Positions 61,801 to 64,000 of a stretch of 64,000 nucleotides of DNA are shown one piece after another. Position 1 is the stretch's first letter, and each line of letters begins with the position of its first letter. The DNA is from Aplysia californica (Eukaryota). Position numbers and translations under genes: made by a program. The notes beneath the pieces are model-generated. The model had not been told where the DNA came from, searched no databases, and saw only the letters and a list, made by a program, of their open reading frames with translations. The stretch spans positions 1,638,388 through 1,702,387 of the forward strand of contig NW_004797332.1 of assembly GCF_000002075.1 (NCBI RefSeq), read 5' to 3'.

Positions 61801-64000
61801 GAAAAAGATCAAAAAGGCCAACTGCAATGTCCTGCTCATTCAAAAATCTATTCTCAGGTGAGCATTGTTTGAACACCACCTATAAGAGAAGACAACAAGG
61901 AAGAAGTATGTGAACTTTCTTATCTCAATTGATGTTGCTGAATGCAAGGGGTCAACAGGAGTTTAGTTGTGACTTCAAATACGTCTTCTTTTTTTTTTTT
62001 ATGTTTGGTTGACTGACGTTTTTTTAAAAATTCAAAAAACTTTACAGGTGGTTTTTGCTTGTTTCTTTTGATGCTATCTACAGTGTAGAACCGATTGTGT
62101 TAGTTGTTTTTTTTTTGTACACATGATAATGACGTTCACAAACCTGTACTTATGGTCAATGAAGATACTAGGATATCTGATGCAGTATTTTTGCCGGCGT
62201 CTTTATCTCATTTCCCTTTTTGATTTGTTTTTGTTTTTTTTTTTTTTTTTTCTTCCAGGGATGCTGTGTCTGATCTCGCTTTGCATTTCCTGGCCAAGAT
62301 GAAAATTTTGGTTGTCAAGGATGTGGAGAGAGATGATGTGGAATTTGTATGTAAGGTAAGTTTTAATACTGTGTGTAAAGAATTTCCTTAAAGATATCCT
62401 AGAATCTTTTCCTGCTTTGGGTATTCAGTATTGGTGTTTGAATTTTAAGAAAAGGTTGCTTTTTTAAGCATTATTTTGATTTGGTACTTTTTCTTTGTAA
62501 TGGAAGCTGTTTTTTTTATATTTTTTAATTTATTTATTTCTATTGGAATGTGTTTCAAAAGTTTGCTACTTTCTTTCTCACAGACTATCGGCTGTCGCCC
62601 AATCGCCAGTGTTGACCACTTCACCCCAGAGAATCTCGGAACAGCAGAATTGGTAGAAGAGGTACAGACCGGAAGCAGCAAAATTGTGAAGGTACGATCT
62701 ATATGGAACTAACTGATAATGAATCACCATACCATGTCTCCTTTGTACTGCATGGGTCTCAGTTTTTTTTAAAATCAAGACTAAGCATATTGTCATGATG
62801 CTTGTTTTCCTGGTTGGTCTACAGACCCACTTTTTTGGGGTATCAATAAATTTTTTTTTTTTTACTTTTCAAAGTTACATAAAATTTTGGAAAATGACTA
62901 TGGCAGGGGCTGCTTTGTTGACATGTGTACATCTCATATAGTTAATTTGTAGACTTGCATGACTAAAAACTCCAGATTGAATCATATAAAGTGATTTATC
63001 ACTGTGTAAGTCAAACATGTGGTTTGTACTTTACTTTGAGTTCCCCCTTATTTTCAAGTGTGCTGATTTAATAACGATACTTTTGTGTTCACACTGCTTT
63101 ATTACGTGAAAGTGCTTGTTTTCGTTGAAGTCCACCCGCTCTTAAAATAATGTGTGAAATTGTTTTGTTTTTCAGATGACGGGAATCCAAGTTCCAGGCC
63201 AGACTGTGACTGTCCTCATCAGAGGCTCCAACAAGCTGGTGCTTGAGGAGGCTGACCGTTCTCTCCATGACGCTCTGTGTGTCATCAGATGTCTTGTCAA
63301 GAAAAGGTGAGAAGATCTTGCCACTACAGCCATACTTTGTTATACTGCCAAGCTTTGTCAGTGCACGAAAAGAAACATCTATAATGATGCAGTTTAGTGT
63401 ACATGGCTAACTGGTTTTCAAGTCCGAAATTTGTTTTTCCTTATACTTTCTTTGGATTTAAAACATGTACATGGTGAATTTTGTAGGTAGCAGAAAGATT
63501 CCTGCATCCTGCCAATTTCACCGTGTACTTGCAGAAATTAAGCTGTGGTAATCTTCCTTTTCTCCCACACAAGACTCAACTGACTAGGGCTTGTGGCCGG
63601 TTTTCTCCTTCCTTGCCCATCCCACTTCCCCTCTTTCATCTTGTAGATTTCAGACAAAACGTCGTTTAGTCTCTGATCTGACAGAAATGTAATTTTCAAT
63701 AATATAAATGCTGTGCCTGCAACATTGGCTAGTATGTTGTACATGTACCACATTCATCATCATCGCTGATGATAATGGTGTATACCTTGGCATTTATGAG
63801 TGTTTCAGTTCTGCAAATAGAAATTATTAAATGTTTCTATTTCAGGGCACTGATTGCTGGCGGTGGAGCACCTGAGATTGAACTGTCAATGAAGTTGATG
63901 GAATACGCCAACTCTCTGAGTGGCGTGGAGCAGTACTGTTTCCGTAGCTTCGCCGAAGCCTTGGAAGTGATCCCTTTCACTTTGGCGGAGAATGCTGGGC
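44030..64000 (+). CDS. CCT4: T-complex protein 1 subunit delta (CCT4), 3' end beyond the window
   Basis: Phase-consistent exons: 44030-44141, 46959-47011, 47482-47571, 48417-48525, 50430-50572, 59726-59847, 61288-61423, 61718-61857, 62259-62355, 62584-62691, 63176-63306, 63846->64000. Peptides: [88 protein letters not shown]. Confidence 0.97.
44749..45020. mobile_element. Composite palindromic array of the 40489-type MITE
   Basis: An extra TIR at 44751, a forward copy at about 44793-44924, then an inverted copy to 45020; contains cctaaccctaaccct. Confidence 0.7.
45063..45870 (+). mobile_element. Mutator-like (MULE) deletion derivative
   Basis: TIRs of about 45 bp begin with the palindrome tattcggactcgagtccgaata. 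The internal ORF start [22 protein letters not shown] resembles the FAR1/MuDR N-terminal G-x-x-F-x-S-x-x-E-F motif. Confidence 0.6.
47665..47896. mobile_element. piggyBac-type MITE
   Basis: ttaa|ccctat...ataggg|ttaa. Confidence 0.8.
49769..49842 (+). ncRNA. SNORD25: C/D box snoRNA, SNORD25/U25-like, copy 1 (CCT4 intron 4)
   Basis: 8-bp stem agtctcca/tggagact, box C GTGATGA 49779, guide TCACAGACCTGT, D' CTGA 49804, C' GTGAGGA, D CTGA 49831. The guide is complementary to 18S rRNA ACAGGUCUGUGA. Confidence 0.9.
50730..50798 (+). ncRNA. SNORD25: SNORD25-like snoRNA copy 2 (intron 5)
   Basis: ctcta-t-GTGATGA...ttcacagacctgta-CTGA...GTGAGGA...CTGA-tggag. Confidence 0.88.
52501..55013 (-). mobile_element. 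Decayed P-element/THAP9-type DNA transposon
   Basis: TIRs of about 63 bp start CAAGG; 8-bp TSD GTACAAAG at 52493-52500 and 55014-55021. The minus-strand ATG at 54548 gives a frameshifted THAP finger ([10 protein letters not shown]...RW...ICERHW...P). Downstream [16 protein letters not shown]...MAKN...SVIPV is a transposase fragment with a stop codon. Confidence 0.88.
55065..55138 (+). ncRNA. SNORD25: SNORD25-like snoRNA copy 3
   Basis: ctcca-a-GTGATGA (55071)...guide-CTGA...GTGAGGA...CTGA (55130)-tggag. Confidence 0.88.
55229..55418. repeat. Five perfect 38-bp tandem copies spanning a transposon junction
   Basis: gctcaaagtatgatacattttctacatacagggtgatc at 55229, 55267, 55305, 55343 and 55381. 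Confidence 0.95.
55409..56766 (-). mobile_element. Decayed Tc1/mariner-family element
   Basis: ta|cagggtgat...atcaccctg|ta. Minus-strand fragments [18 protein letters not shown] and [29 protein letters not shown] resemble mariner/Tc3-like transposases and contain stops. Confidence 0.7.
56995..57051 (+). mobile_element. Short retroposon 3' tail with 9-bp TSD at the 5' stem of snoRNA copy 4
   Basis: TSD tagttctct at 56986-56994 and 57052-57060. Confidence 0.8.
57056..57125 (+). ncRNA. SNORD25: SNORD25-like snoRNA copy 4
   Basis: Box C ATGATGA 57063, intact guide, D', C', and D at 57116. Confidence 0.88.
57467..57538 (+). ncRNA. SNORD25: SNORD25-like snoRNA copy 5
   Basis: Stem ttctcta/tagagaa, box C 57475, box D 57528, intact guide. 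Confidence 0.88.
57842..57912 (+). ncRNA. SNORD25: SNORD25-like snoRNA copy 6
   Basis: Box C 57850, box D 57903, intact guide. Confidence 0.88.
58251..58321 (+). pseudogene. SNORD25: SNORD25-like copy 7, boxes C and D mutated
   Basis: Box C reads GTGATAA and box D reads GTGA; guide and D' are intact. Confidence 0.7.
58537..58607 (+). ncRNA. SNORD25: SNORD25-like snoRNA copy 8
   Basis: Box C 58545, box D 58598, intact guide. Confidence 0.88.
59028..59098 (+). ncRNA. SNORD25: SNORD25-like snoRNA copy 9
   Basis: Stem tctcca/tggaga, box C 59035, box D 59089. Confidence 0.88.
59535..59603 (+). ncRNA. SNORD25: SNORD25-like snoRNA copy 10
   Basis: Variant box C ATGAAGA 59542, intact guide, box D 59594, extended stem atgatattctcca/tggagatatcat; about 125 nt upstream of the intron 5 acceptor. 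Confidence 0.82.
60351..61016. mobile_element. Tigger/pogo-type MITE, inverted homologue of 41639-42484
   Basis: cagtcgaacc...ggttcgactg|ta; the internal sequence matches the reverse complement of the 41639 copy. Confidence 0.85.
62121..62184 (+). pseudogene. Diverged SNORD25-like copy 11 (intron 8)
   Basis: ATGATAA...ttcacaaacctgta-CTTA...ATGAAGA...CTGA. Guide has one mismatch; about 78 nt upstream of the acceptor. Confidence 0.6.

Noticed and set aside
63763-63815. TGATGA near the intron 11 acceptor as another snoRNA
   Set aside because: No terminal CTGA, stem or recognisable guide.

Overview
Eukaryotic, AT-rich, intron-containing animal DNA with microsatellite-flanked N gaps. The repeat families suggest a lophotrochozoan, possibly a gastropod (inference only). 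Four spliced protein-coding genes could be rebuilt by hand with consistent GT-AG sites and reading phases. (1) A 259-aa protein (5256-6794, +): a lysine-free N-terminal region with four DSG phosphodegron-like motifs fused to a C-terminal ubiquitin-like domain ending RLRGG-SVC, behind a promoter with GAS, kB, ISRE-like, CRE-like and TATA motifs. (2) An 838-aa secreted protein (11448-15323, +) made almost entirely of GN[FVIA]SS repeats. (3) DTL/Cdt2 (15 exons, minus strand, with a C-terminal PIP box). (4) CCT4, divergent from DTL, with 12 exons visible and running off the window end. CCT4 introns hold 11 copies of a SNORD25/U25-type C/D snoRNA, 9 of them in the single 9.15-kb intron 5; the copies show compensatory stem changes and an A-B-A-B-A higher-order repeat. 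That intron is also interrupted by a P-element/THAP transposon and a Tc1/mariner relic. Many MITEs, SINEs and LINE 3' tails fill the rest. The strongest candidates for undescribed biology are the degron-UBL gene, the multi-copy intronic snoRNA array and the pentapeptide glycoprotein. All calls are by eye; no searches were run.
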